The notes beneath the pieces were generated by a model. It did no database searches. It worked only from the letters and a program-made list of their open reading frames with translations, and was not told the origin of the DNA. Shown here one piece after another: positions 44,970 through 58,189 of a stretch of DNA of 64,000 nucleotides. How positions within the stretch are numbered: position 1 is the first letter of the stretch; the number at the start of each line of letters is the position of its first letter. Origin of the DNA: Macrostomum lignano (Eukaryota); the NCBI GenBank assembly GCA_002269645.1, contig NIVC01003526.1, positions 29,040-93,039 of the forward strand. The letters are read 5' to 3'. Position numbers and translations under genes: made by a program.

Positions 44970-45813
44970 ACTCTTCGTTGTCGCGAATTTCAATTCTTAT
45001 CTGCGAAAACAGCAGATTCGAATGCTCCTCACCTCCACGTAGGGCGAAGTGGAGCCCATTCAGAAAGAAGCGCGTCTTGGTCAACCAGTCCGGATTATCC
45101 AAACCGAGAACTCCTGATCGCCATATTTTCTCTTCGTCAGTAACACTGAGAATTCCAGCCGGCTTAGTGTTCAGTGAAGTACCAGTGAAGGCAGTTGAAA
45201 GTTTCATCGCGGCGTCTAACGAGTCTCTGAATGGCCGTAGCTCCATCGACTTAAAAAGATCTACTGTCGGCTGGACCTCTCAAATGACCGCATTAAGTTC
45301 TGCGGCTATCGATACTAATGACCCTCTAGGATAATGCTCACCATTGACCTTCCGCGCTTCGTCGATGCAACGTCCAAAAATCGTGTTGATTTCCTCACAG
45401 CTGAACTCAACGATGGGTTTCGTGCCTATCTCACTGACACGTGAGCTCACCCATTCCTGGGAAAGTCGCAGGGCCCAATTGTTCCGATTGTTGGTGCCTT
45501 TCGGACGGACAGACTTGTTCAGAGCGGCAAAACTGTCGACTACAGCAAAACGTTTGACACCTTCCATGCCGCCGTCCATCGATCCATTTTCTCCGTCCTT
45601 TTCGATTAACGGGGCCTCCAACAGCTCCATCCCGTATAGGTCTTGTAGCTGTACATCTTCTTGATATTTATCCATCTCAGCCGCCAGCCACTCATGATCT
45701 CGAATATCTCCACCAGCGCGTGACTCCACGAAATCAGCCGGTAGAATGTTCGGTTCGATGTTGCCGATAAAATCTCTAGAGTAATCCACGAGTGGGTTCA
45801 GAAGTCGCCGCAT
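44970..45813 (-). pseudogene. YR4: 3'-truncated Crypton-like recombinase of the FALRGG subfamily, with an in-frame stop near 45281; upstream terminus TTGACCATAGA at 50481-50490 lies beyond the Gypsy-2 insertion
   Basis: NNWALRL..EW, RCIDEARKVNGEHYPRGSL, EEKIWRSGVLGLDNP, LHFALRGGEEH; truncated at the P-like TIR. Confidence 0.85.
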
Positions 45814-45885
45814 CGCAAAGCCTTTCGATATACTCTCAAATTCAAACAGGTAAATGAAAGTCAGACCCAGTCTCCTGACGCGTGG

Positions 45886-45932
45886 TGTGGTGACTGCGTT
45901 TCGCTTTCTGTGCAGAGTGGGGGATGGGGGGG

Positions 45933-46006
<74 letters not shown>

Positions 46007-49000
46007 TTGTACTCGCGCATGTGCATACTCTGGAGCGCGAGCACGCCAGAGGTAGCGGCTGATTGGTCAGCCTAGTCAGGCTGGAAAATAAACTGGTATT
46101 TATTGAGAGAGCTAGGCTTGGCCAGCTCTAAGAAGTTTTTTTCTCTCTGCAAGCCACACAGACTTTGTTACAGTGGCGACGAGGTGACTAATGGCCACGG
46201 GCCTACTGTGTAGCATCGGTCCATTTGAACCTGAAAATGAGGACTGGCTGCAGTACAAGGAAAGAGTGGAGCAAGTTTTCATTGCAAGCGACATAGAGTC
46301 CGAAGACAAAAAGCGAGCTGTCTTCCTCAGTGTCTGTGGCAAGGAGACATTCAAGCTGATTTGCAGCCTGCTGGCCCCGAGGAAGCCATCGGAGACGAGC
46401 TACGCAGACATTTGCCAAAAACTAAAGGAGCACTGGAAGCCGGAGCCTTCTGAAATTGTGCAGCGTTTTCATTTCTATCAGCGCGTGAGGGCCAGCACCG
46501 AGTCAGTGGCGGATTTCCTGGCCAGTTTGTGGCGTCTGGCCGTGGACTGCAAGTTCGGAAACAGCTTGGAGTCGATGCTCAGGGATCGGCTGGTGCTCGG
46601 CATCCAGGACGATCGGATCCAGCGCAGACTGCTGTCGGAGCCGGAGCTGGATCTCGAGAAGGCGCTGAAGATCGCTCAAGCGGTGGAGCTGGCGGAAAAA
46701 GGCTGCACGGTCGTCAGGAGCTCACAGGAGGTGGCTGGCCTTGCGGCGGCTGCTTCAGTCGATCGAGTCGACCAGGCCAAGGCGACCGGATCCGGTCGAG
46801 CCCCACAGAAGTGTTTCCGGTGCTTGTCGACTCAACATCTGGCGGACAAGTGCTCGTTCATCAAGAAGGCATGCTTCAAGTGCGGCAAGCTCGGGCACAC
46901 CGCAGCTGCTTGCCGTAGAGGCGCCGGGGCATCGGGTGCCCGCGTGGGCGCCGTGCAAGAAGCAGAAGACGAGGACTGCAGCTCCCTTAACACCGTGCCC
47001 AGCGTTGCAGCCAGGGTGCCACCCTACTTGACCAAGGTACTGATCAACGGCGTGTCCTATGGAGATAGACACGGGCGCCGCGGTGTCGCTGATCTCAGCC
47101 AAAGTCTACCAGGATCTTCTCGGAGGTATCCCTAAGCTCGGAGGGACCACGATTCGGCTGCGGAACTACGGCGGCCAACCTGTCAACGTCCTGGGACAGT
47201 TGAGCGTCACTGTGGAGATTCCAGGAAATGAAAAGAAACTGCTGCCTCTGGTGATGGTCTCAGGAAGCGGCTCCAGCTTGATCGGACGGAACTGGCTGTC
47301 TGAACTAACCATGGACTGGAGAAGCATCAAGGAGCTGCGAGAGCGAGAACTGCCTGCTCAGGGCAATCAGCAGGTGGAGCAGCTGCTGCAAAAGTACAGC
47401 GCAGTATTTTCGGACGGACTCGGTTGCTACACAGGCGAACCGCTGAAATTGCGGACGAAACCAGGTGCACAGCCCAAATTTTTCAAAGCTCGGACGGTGC
47501 CGTTCGCTTTGAAGTCCAAGATGGAGGAGCAGCTGGACCGGGAGATCGAGCAAGGCGTTCTGCAGGACTCCTACCCGCTGCCCAGAATTGAAGAATTGTT
47601 CGCAAAGCTAACAGGAGGCCAGAAATTCACCAAGCTAGACCTCAGTCAGGCGTATCAGCAGCTGCCCCTGGACTCGGAATCACAGCGTCTTTGCACCATC
47701 AACACCTCCAAAGGGTTGCTCAGGTACACCAGGTTTCCGTTCGGCATCTCACCGGCAGTCGGCATGTTTCAGAGGACAATGGACGGCTTGCTTCAAGGAA
47801 GACCGCACACGGCGGCTTTTATCGACGATCTGCTGGTGACAGGAACTGATGACGCGAAGCACCTGGAGAACCTGGAAGCTGTTTTGCAGCGCCTACAAGA
47901 TGCTGGGCTGAAGTGCCGAGCTGACAAGTGCCGGTTCATGCAGGAGTCCGTGAGTTACCTGGGCCACCGAATCGACGCCGGCGGTCTCCACCCGCTGGAA
48001 AGCAAGGTCAGCGCGATCGTTGAGGCGCCAGCTCCCCAGGACGTCACCCAACTCCGCAGCTTCCTGGGCCTCATAAATTATTATGGACGATTCCTGCCGA
48101 ACCTGTCCAGCTTGCTCGCTCCGCTGCACCGCCTATTGGACAAGGGCGCTGCCTGGCAATGGAACAGCCCGCAAGAGAGTGCGTTTCACCGCTGCAAGGA
48201 GCTCCTGCTGAGCTCTCAGACGCTAGTGCATTTCGACCCCGGTAAAGAGGTCATCCTGGAGTGCGACAGCTCGCCCTACGGTCTCGGCGCGGTCATCTGC
48301 CACCTAATAGATGGCGTGGAGCGGCCCATCGCGTTTGCGTCCCGCACTCTGGTCGATGCGGAGAAGAACTACTCCCAGACGGAGAAGGAGGCTTTGGCAG
48401 TTGTTTTCGGCGTCAAGCGATTCCACACCTATCTGTACGGCCGGAACTTCCAGCTGAAGAGTGACCACAAGCCGCTTCTAGGACTGCTTCACGAGAACAA
48501 GGCCATTCCGCCACTAGCATCTGCCAGGATTCAGCGCTGGGCTCTGCTGCTGTCCAGCTACTCCTATCGACTGCAATACCGCAAGGGCGCCACCCTGCTG
48601 CGGGCAGATGCACTGAGCCGGTTGCCGCTGCCGTCCAAGCCAGCGGAGGCGCCGGCGCCGGCTGAGGTGGTACTGCTGATCGACTCATTCAACGAGGGCC
48701 CAGTGACTGCGGCTCAAGTTCGCTGCTGGACACGGCGAGACCCGCTACTCGGTCGAGTGCTCAGGTTCGTGCAAGAAGGCTGGCCAGAGGATCGGCGAGG
48801 GAGCGAAGATCTGCGGCCGTTTGCGTCTCGAGCTGCGGAACTTAGCGTGGAGGACGGCTGCCTGCTGTGGGGCACCAGAGTGGTGGTGCCGGTTCAGGGA
48901 CGCCTGGCGTTGCTCGAGTGTCTGAACCAAAGTCACCTAGGAGCGTCCAAGCTGAAGTCACTGGCCAGGAACTATTTTTGGTGGCCGGGAATGGACGGAG

Positions 49001-50241
49001 ACATCGAGCGGCTCTCGCAGCACTGCCGGCAGTGCAAACTGCATCAGCACAGCCCACCTCCAGCGCCGCTGCAGCCCTGGCCCTGGCCTGACAGACCGTG
49101 GTCAAGGGTCCACATGGACTACGCTGGACCATTCGAAGGCAAGATGCTGCTGATTCTGGTCGACGCGCATTCCAAGTGGATCGAGGTGCACATCTGCCAG
49201 TCCGCGACCAGCTCCGCTACAATCGATCGGCTCCGGCGGACTTTCAGCCAGCTGGGCCTGCCGGAGGTCGTGGTGACGGACAACGAGCCCAACTTCGTGA
49301 GTCAAGAGATGGAGAGCTTCATGAGCAGCAATGGTATCCGGCATGTCAAGGTGTCGCCCTATCATCCGGCGTCCAACGGCCTGGCGGAACGCGCGGTACA
49401 AACGGTGAAGGCGGCTCTCGCAAAGGGACAGCCGGCGGCTCTGCAGACTCGGCTCGCTCGGTTCCTGCTGACCTACCGGGTGACTCCGCACAGCACGACT
49501 GGCGTTCCGCCGAGCCAGCTGATGATGGGCCGGCCTCTGCGAACACTGCTGGATCTGGTACGTCCGGACGTCTCGGCTGCGGTCACGCGACGACAGGAGG
49601 CACAGAAGCTACAACACGACAGGCGCGCCAGAGCGAGGTCCTTCGAGGAAGGCGACGACGTCGTAGTGCGGGATTTCACGGGTCAGCAGAAGTGGCTGCC
49701 GGCCAGCATCAGCCGACAAACAGCACCTTTGTCCTACGAGTGCCGGCTGCCTGATGATTGCATTGTATGCCGCCACGCCGACCATGTAGCCTCTGCAGGC
49801 GTCGAACCGCTGACCTCAGGAAGCACGGAACTGCCAATGAATGACGACCTGCGCTACGAATCGGCTGAGGCAGAAGTTCCGCCGCTGCTGCTGCCCACGC
49901 CGCCGCCGCCGCCGCCCACACAGCCACAGACCGCGCCGCCGCCGCCCACGCAGCCGCCGCTTCCTCCGACTCCTCAGGCGCGGCGTTCGCAGAGGAACCG
50001 AAAATGCCCGGACAGGTTGACGTACAAGTGAACGTTTTTTTTGACAGACCTTTTTTGTTTACAGCTTTGGGTGGTGTTCGATTTTTTTTGTTTCTGTTAT
50101 TGTTGTCGTGGTGCTGGGAAGTATTTTCTTTTCTCTTTTTTGTTTCTTTTTTGTTGCTGTTTTTTTTCTTTTTTTCATCTACGTGTGGAGGGATGTGGTG
50201 ACTGCGTTTCGCTTTCTGTGCAGAGTGGGGGATGGGGGGGG

Positions 50242-50285
<44 letters not shown>

Positions 50286-50451
50286 TTGTACTCGCGCATG
50301 TGCATACTCTGGAGCGCGAGCACGCCAGAGGTAGCGGCTGATTGGTCAGCCTAGTCAGGCTGGAAAATAAACTGGTATTTATTGAGAGAGCTAGGCTTGG
50401 CCAGCTCTAAGAAGTTTTTTTCTCTCTGCAAGCCACACAGACTTTGTTACA
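45886..50451 (+). mobile_element. Full-length Ty3/Gypsy LTR retrotransposon (Gypsy-2): LTRs 45886-46172 and 50194-50451, TSD CGTGG, PBS within 46173-46184, PPT before 50194
   Basis: LTRs look identical except for (CT)n length; 5-bp TSD at 45881-85 and 50452-56; gag from 46191 with zinc knuckles; pol 47059-50031. Confidence 0.97.
46191..50031 (+). CDS. Gypsy-2 gag-pol, with a frameshift near 47055 and an in-frame deletion at the RT N-terminus near 47560
   Basis: IDTGAA protease, FIDD RT, RNase H and integrase motifs. About 35 aa present in Gypsy-1 (KPVSSSDYASPIV...RICADFKQTVN) are missing between EQGVL and DSYPLP. Confidence 0.9.
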
Positions 50452-51076
50452 CGTGGCCTTTCAGAAACAGACATCAGTTTTGACCATAGATAATTATTTT
50501 CAGTGCTGCTTATATGTGAGGGCTCCGCCCCAACACTCCCACAGCGAGCTCAGCACCCCCTCGACCCCGATTCTTAGTCACTTGGCATTTTGACATAGAC
50601 AATTGTTTTTGTATTTCGCGGGATTATATTACAACTCCGGGATATTATCCGATATAATCCGGGAGTCTAGTCTATGGTTTATACGAGATTAAACATGCCT
50701 TTTACAAATAAATACAAATAACTCCCTCAAAAGGCATGTTTAATCTGATACTTCTCGTTTCTTCTCTCACAAATTTATGCAAAATAAGTGAAGCATATAT
50801 GTTTATGGTTTAAACTGCAATAACTGCCCGCAAACTCCGGGTGGTTATTAAAATTATCGGCCCGGAAAATCATTAATTTTTTATGGAAACAAAAACAAGG
50901 AACAGAGTACATGAAACATAGAGTCAAGTTCAGTTCTTTCAGATTAACAAGAGACGTCGCCATTCTTACAGATAAATCGAGCACTTTGCCCCGTTCCTCT
51001 CCAGCACAATAGTGGGCTCCCGTTGATGGTCACTCAAAACAGACGACGGTGTCGACTGAACCACTGAGGTAGTGCA

Positions 51077-52371
51077 TTACAGACGGAACGTCACCTGTCC
51101 AATAGCGGCGCGCTTCTTCGGGATAAATTCCAAATGCGTTTCGATTTCACGCAGGCTGGAAGTCATTGCTGTTGAGAGCGAACGCTTATGATCAATGGAA
51201 ATCCGCTTAGTGTAACGAACCACGCTCTCTGTCTTCTTGTGTCCGGAAACAGCCGGAATATGTTCCATCGGGAATCCTGGCTCACATAAAGTGGTGACCG
51301 TTGTCGATCGGATACAATGGTTGGTACGAGTATACTGCCGCGAGAGGCCAGCCTCAGTGGAGATGACTTTCATAAGTTCAGATAGGCTATTCTTGCCAAG
51401 GACTTCCTTCTTGCAGTACCAACCGTCGTCATTCAACTTGGCTCGTGGCTTTGGGAAGAGGCTTGAATTTTCCTCTGGCAGCTTCATAGGTAAAGTAGCA
51501 CTGTCTGGACCGGACAGACGGCCTTATCACTCACTGGAAATATTCCGATCTCCTTTCTGGTGTCGACACACTTGGCTGAAACATTCTTCTCATGTTTACC
51601 CTTCATTAGATCGATGCATCCCACTTCTCCGTCACGGTACCTCACGATGATGTTCTCCTTTTTGAGAGATCTGAACCACCCTCGACCTCTGAATCCAAAA
51701 TGGAAAGCGATGAGGAAGACCACCTGTTGAAGCATCTTTGGATTTGCCCTGTCGAAATAGACGTGAAGCTTCTCCAAGTCGTCCTTTTCATTTGCGCGAT
51801 ATCCACGCTCACCATCAACCACAGAAACTGGTTGTTTCAGAGAGAACGTTAGAGCGGCCTTGAACGTCATCTCAAAATCAACGAACTCTGGGTTACCAAT
51901 AATGGGCATGCGCCGAATACCAAGTATGAACCGATGAAAGCGGCCCTCATGCAGACGAGAGTACTGCAGCTATAGGCAGAGCTATCAGCTTTTTTGACTG
52001 TTGAGAAGAAAAGCCGCAAATAGCTGGACAAATATCTCGTCGGCATTACTTCCATTTCGGTAAAGTCCTTTTTCAGCAAGAAAAGCTTTGAACCTTCCGG
52101 CGTAAAGCTCTGTCTGCTTCTCAGTCGACTGAACTGCACAGTCTTGCTCCAATCGGTCAATCTCCAGCAAGTCGGTCTCGTCTAATTCGAGGAATTCCTC
52201 CATCTCCGACAAGAACTTGTCGATGCCCTTTGAGTCTAGCATCGGAAGTCCGTCGTATTGCGAGATAGTTGAATCCCGTTAACGTCCATCGGATTGATGA
52301 ATGACAAAGAGCAACTCCTCGGTTGACAGTCCAACTATGTCTTCTTGGAGTATGCCACTATAGTTAATCAT
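51077..52371 (-). pseudogene. YR5: multiply frameshifted Crypton-like recombinase of the YR1 subfamily; element about 50670-52758
   Basis: YLRLFFSTVKKADSSAYSCSTLVCMRAA, FHFGFRGRGW, NHCIRST, SGHKK..VVRY across four frames. GTCTATGG at 50670 and CCATAGAG at 52751. Confidence 0.88.
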
Positions 52372-55134
52372 GGTTTTTAAAGACTATATTTTATTGAAAT
52401 AAAGAAGGCGTCTTAGTATGCTGTTCTAATCAGAGCTCGTCTTCGCTCACACTCCTAAGAATTAGGAACTGTTCTCTGGATTCTACCTTCGATGCTTCTT
52501 CGGTTGACGTGAAACTAAATGACAATTTTTCTATGTTTAGAATGTGGGGGCTTTGCCTCCACACCCCCATTTTTACCCTGCCCTTTCTCTCCCAGATTCA
52601 CTGAGGCAGAAAAGTCCATGGTACAATAAAATGGATACCCATGCTTAAGGGCGTTAATAAAAAATCAGAGGGCTGAATCGAGAATTCGGTCGAGTTTGAG
52701 CAAATGCTCACTTTATTCATGCGGCCTAATGTCTGTCATGTATATTTGGTCCATAGAGTAAATAGCTAGTACTAGAGATCAGAGATTGCCTTTTCGTCCC
52801 CATTTCGCCGCTCCATGTATATCTATGGTTCAATGCAATTGTTTTTTCTTTGGCCCGGTCAAAGAAATTACCATCCAGGCCAGATAAATCAACACACAAC
52901 AGCAGCAACATATATTTGAAAATAAAACTATTTAACGTTAAAAATTTAGTTGCTTCAATCCAACCGGTATTCATTCGAACCTTCGAACCAACGGTTTGTT
53001 TGTTGGATGATTGGTGTGCTAACTGGTTAGCCCTAGTTGTGGGACGATGGAGCCAGTAAGTAGTATAGAAAAAAAGGCGAGCGAAGCGAGAATTTTTTTC
53101 TATGCTGCTTACTTTTGCGAAATCGTCCCTGATAAGATGTGCAACAGATGTGACACACTAAAAATGACGTTTTTCAACTTTTAAACGCTGCGCATAAAAA
53201 ACGGTACGACCGATTTACAAACGGTTTTTGCCAAAATGCGTCAAAGACCTAGGGCTAACAGATCCGCAGTGTTTGGTTGTCATGGCGACGCGTTTTGGTT
53301 GCCATGGCAACCAAAAACTGCGTTTTTTCGACATTGTCAAAAAATTTGATCTAAAAAAATAAGGATTGAGAATATGGCAGCGCTTAGCGAGTGGGCTCAG
53401 TAAACGCGGGCATTTAAACGCTACAATGATCAGAAATGGATTTTTTGATTGTACTTTAACTTTTAGGGTAAAAGTACAAAAAACGTGTTTTTTGAGGTCG
53501 AAAAATTGGCATTTTTTTCAACTTTGCCTTACCGCAGCGAAAAGGACGCGCTTTCGCGCGGCCTTTGAGCTGCCTCCTAGCCTTAAAAACACTTAAGGCT
53601 GTTTGATGCGCTAAATTTTTTTCGGCTAAAATGTACTTTTCACATGGCTGCCTATCTGCACTTTAAAAGTACAAATTTTTAGTGCACTTTTGTGAGGCCT
53701 ATCTCGTCGAGATTAAAAACTTTATTTTTTAATATTTCTACACCAAATTACTCAAATGGATGTCTTCTATTCGGAAACATCGAGATTTGGCTGATTGGGC
53801 CATCAATAACCTGCCCAGGTGCCAAAGAGTGCCTAAAAACGACATTTTCGAAAAATTGGGTCACGTTTTAAAAAAGTAGTCCTCAAACTTGAAAAAGTGT
53901 TTTATGCTACAGTGTTGAGACTTTAACACGACGTGTCAAACATATGGAAATTTGTTTTCCTAAATTTTCTAAGCATTTGGACCTACCTGTGCTGAGCAGT
54001 GACCCGGAAACCAGGGAAAAAAGAGGCCGGGGGGCACTGCAGAAAATCAGACGTTGTTAAGGAAATTTTTTTAAAATGGGGCAAAGTTTTTCGAGTATGG
54101 CGTCAAATTGTAGCCTATCGGATGCCCTTTTGAATGACATAAGACACTGTGGAAAAAACCCCTGTTAACAGGTACTTTTTACCTGTTAAGTGAAAAACGG
54201 CCCATTCGGGGGTACAAACTTTGAAGTCGAAAAATAAGAATTTTTGCGCACCGATTTTTCTGCATTTTCAATATTGTTTAGTCGAATAGCTGAAGTTACA
54301 CCGGTCATACGCCAATATGGCTGGAAAATTCGTATTTTTGAGAAAATTGGCTCCGAATTTTGAGAAGGCCATTTTTGGGCAAATTTTGAGCATACTTTTG
54401 CTAATAACTCTGCATTGGCAAGGCCTAGAGACTCAATTTTGGTGTCTAAAAACAGCACTATGGATGCACTGTGCAACTAAATAAGTTTTGAAAACTGATT
54501 CTGAAGTTAATAGGTCTTAATACCTGTTTGAATACCTGTCAGAACAGGTGAAAATGCACAATTTGGCGCCTAGGAGGCGTAAAATTTGTTGACATACTTT
54601 AAAAATGCATTAGATGAATGCGCCTTGATGTTATCTCTGTAACGACATGCGACTCGCATTTTTAGATGAAGGCGCTGCGATGCAGCGAGCAGAAATGTAT
54701 GAAAAAGCAGCAAAAATCCTAAAAGTGGCTACCATAGGGAATATTCGATATAAAGGGCGTGCACTGTAGAGCTTCGCTTAAGCAAGAGATGGATCGGGGC
54801 CGAAGGCAGTTGCTTTGTAAATGGCCTAAACACGGGTTCGAATCCCAAGTGGGCCAAGTTTTTTTTATATTTAATTTTTTTTAGCAGGAACGGATTTATT
54901 AGTATTTTCAATTCTCTTTCACTTGAATATAATTTAATATTGATTGTTTAATTTTCCTTTCCTTGTATACCTTATTAAAGAGTAAGAGTGAAGCTGAAAG
55001 TGCGGCACAGATGATTTGTTAGTGCAGAAAGAATATTACGATACATATCGGCAAGTATCATGTGTTGCGCGGTCGCCAAAGGCTTACAAGCAGTTTTAGC
55101 ATGCTAAAAAGATGTGTTAGAGGTGGGAAAAGTT

Positions 55135-55600
55135 GCGGAGGGGTGGGGTGGGGGAGCGGGGGTGTGGGGGCGGCAGCCCCCACGTTACGCAAACCCCACA
55201 ACAACAACCACCCTCCCCAACAACAACGCGCGGGAGGGGTGGGGGAGCGGGGTGTGGGGGCGGCAGCCCCCACGTTACGCAAACCCCACAACAACAACCA
55301 CCCTCCCCAACAACAATGTGCGGGAGGGGTGGGGGAGCGGGGGTGTGGGGGCGGCAGCCCCCACGTTACGCAAACCCCACAACAACAACCACCCTCCCCA
55401 ACAACAACGCGCGGGAGGGGTGGGGGAGCGGGGGTGTGGGGGCGGCAGCCCCCACGTTACGCAAACCCCACAACAACAACCACCCTCCCCAACAACAACG
55501 CGCGGAGGGGTGGGGGAGCGGGGGTGTGGGGGCGGCAGCCCCCACGTTACGCAAACCCCCCAACAACAACCACCCCCAACAACAACAACAACAACCCCAA
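55135..55600. repeat. ~90-bp GC-rich tandem repeat in unit A, also at about 61945-62390
   Basis: GGGAGGGGTGGGGGAGCGGGGGTGTGGGGGCGGCAGCCCCCACGTTACGCAAACCCCAC(AAC)n unit, about 5 copies. Confidence 0.95.
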
Positions 55601-58189
55601 CAACAACAAAAACCCCAACAACAACAACCCCTTTTACAACCAACAAACAACAACAACCGCCTTAACAACCCTTTCTACACAACAGCAGAGTGGATATTCT
55701 TGTAATCTAATAAAATATTTTTTATTATTATATTTCTACAGTTATGTATAAACTTTGTTTAAATCAAATTGAAAATGCGGTATAGCCGTAAAATATAAAA
55801 ACACGATATAGCGTTTTAATTAGTTCTTAATTTGGGTTAAATAAATAGGTCATAGCCATAAACAATAATGGACATAATAAACCATCATAAGTATTTTTAT
55901 TAATTTTTTTAAACAGTTTTGCTTAAACTTTGTTTAAATTAAATTATAATCAACTTGAAGCTTCTTAGTTTTTTTTTAATTTAATTTAAGCCATAAAAGT
56001 TAATAAGCAAATAATAAACCATCGTCCCACCTTTGAAGACGACAGCGTCTTCATTCACTAGTTGTGGGACGATGGAGCCAGTAAGTAGTATAGAAAAAAA
56101 GGCGAGCGAAGCGAGAATTTTTTTCTATGCTGCTTACTTTTGCGAAATCGTCCCTGATAAGATGTGCAACAGATGTGACACACTAAAAATGACGTTTTTC
56201 AACTTTTAAACGCTGCCAATAAAAAACGGTACGACCGATTTGCAAAAAGTTTTTGCCAAAATGTGTCAAAGACTTAGGGCTACCAGAGCCGCAGTGTTTG
56301 GTTGCCATGGCAATGCGTTTTGGTTGCCATGGCAACCAAAAACTGCGTTTTTTCGACATTGTCAAAAAATTTGATCTCAATTACAGCGGCAGGAAATTAT
56401 GGCAGCGCTTAGTGAGTGTGCTCAAAAGACGCGGGCATTAAAACGCTACAATGATCCGAAATGGATTTTTTGATTGTACTTTTACTTCACAGGTAAAAGT
56501 ACAAAAAACGTGTTTTTTGAGGTCGAAAATTTGGCATTTTTTTCAACTTTGCCTCACCGCAGCGAAAAGGACGCGCGATAGCGCGGCCTTTGAGCTGCCT
56601 CATAGCGTCAATAACACCTGGGGCTGTTTGATGCGCTATAGTTTTTAGGGCTAAAATGTACTTTTCACATGGCTGCCTATCTGCTGTTTAAAAGTACAAA
56701 TTTTTAGTGCACTTTTGTGAGGCCTATGGCGTCGAGATGGAAAACTTTATTTTTGCTGTTTTGCATACCAAATAACTCAAATAGATGTCTTTTAATCGGA
56801 AACATCGAGATTTGGCCGATTGGGCCATCAATAACCTGCCCAGGTGCCAAAGAGTGCCTAAAAACGACATTTTCGAAAAATTGGGTCACGTTTTTAAAAA
56901 GTAGTCCCAAAAAATAAGAAAGTGTTTTATGCTACGGTGTTGAGACTTTAACACAACGTGTCAAACATATGGAAATTTGTTTTCCTGAATTTTCTAAGCA
57001 TTTGGACCTACCTGTGCGGAGCAGTGACCCGGAAACCGGGGAAAAAAGAGGCCGGGGGCTCTGCAGAAAATCAGACGTTGTTAAGAAAAATTTTTAAAAT
57101 GGGGCGAATTTTTTCGAGTGTAGTGTCAAATTGTAGCCCATCGGATGCCCTTTTGAATGACATAAGACACTCCTGAAAAAACCCCTGTTAACAGGTACTT
57201 TTTACCTGTTAAGTGAAAAACGGCCCATTTGGGGGTACAAACTTTGGAGTGGAAAAATAAGAAATTTTGCGCACCGATTTTTCTGCATTTTCAATATTGT
57301 TTAGTCGAATAGCTAAAGTTTCACCGGTCATACGCCAATATGGCTGGAAAATTCGTATTTTTGAGAAAATTGGCTCCGAATTTTGAGTAGGCCATTTTCG
57401 GGCAAATTTTGAGCATACTTTTGCTAATAACTCTGCATTGGCGAGACCTAGAGACTTAAGTTTGGTGTCTAAAAACAGCACTATGGATGCATTATGCAGC
57501 TAAATCAGTTTTGAAAACTGATTCTTAGGTTAACAGGTCTTAATACCTGTTTGATTACCTGTCAGAACAGGTGAAAATTAATATTTTGGCGCCTAGCAGC
57601 CGAAAAATTTGTTGACATAATTTGAAAATGCATTGGATGAATGCGCCTTGATGTTATCTCTGTAACGACATGCGACTCGTATTTTTAGGTAGAAGCGTTG
57701 CGATGCAACGAGCAGAAATGTATGAAAAAGCAGCAAAAATGGTAGAAATGGCTGCTATTAGCGATATTCGATATAAAATACGTGTACTATAGGCCAACTT
57801 AGTAAGCAATTTGTGGCTCAGTGGCAGAGTTAGTTTCCATATAATTGAGTGCTGCAGGGTTCGATTCCCAAGAGATCCGAAAAATTTTTAGTTTAAAGTT
57901 CTTTTAGAGCAAACAGATTTTTAGTATTTTTATTTCTCTAACTATTATGTTTTTTATACAATTAAATTACATTTATTTAAATTTATTTTTCTTTTTATAC
58001 GTATTTAAAGAGTAACAGAGAATCTTTTAGTGCGGCACGTATGATTGTTAGTGCAAAAAGTATATTACGATACATGTCGGCAAGCAAGTATTTGATGTCT
58101 GGTCGTTTGAAGGCTAGAATATAGTTGTAACATATATACTACAAAGACGTGTTTAGATGTGGGAAAAGTTCTCGAGGGGTGGTGGAGCG

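Noticed and set aside
34537-52371. Bacterial integron, phage integrases or contamination
   Set aside because: The YRs have the Crypton/DUF3504-type N-terminal block and are interleaved with eukaryotic Gypsy, SINE and piggyBac sequences on the same contig as a spliced gene.
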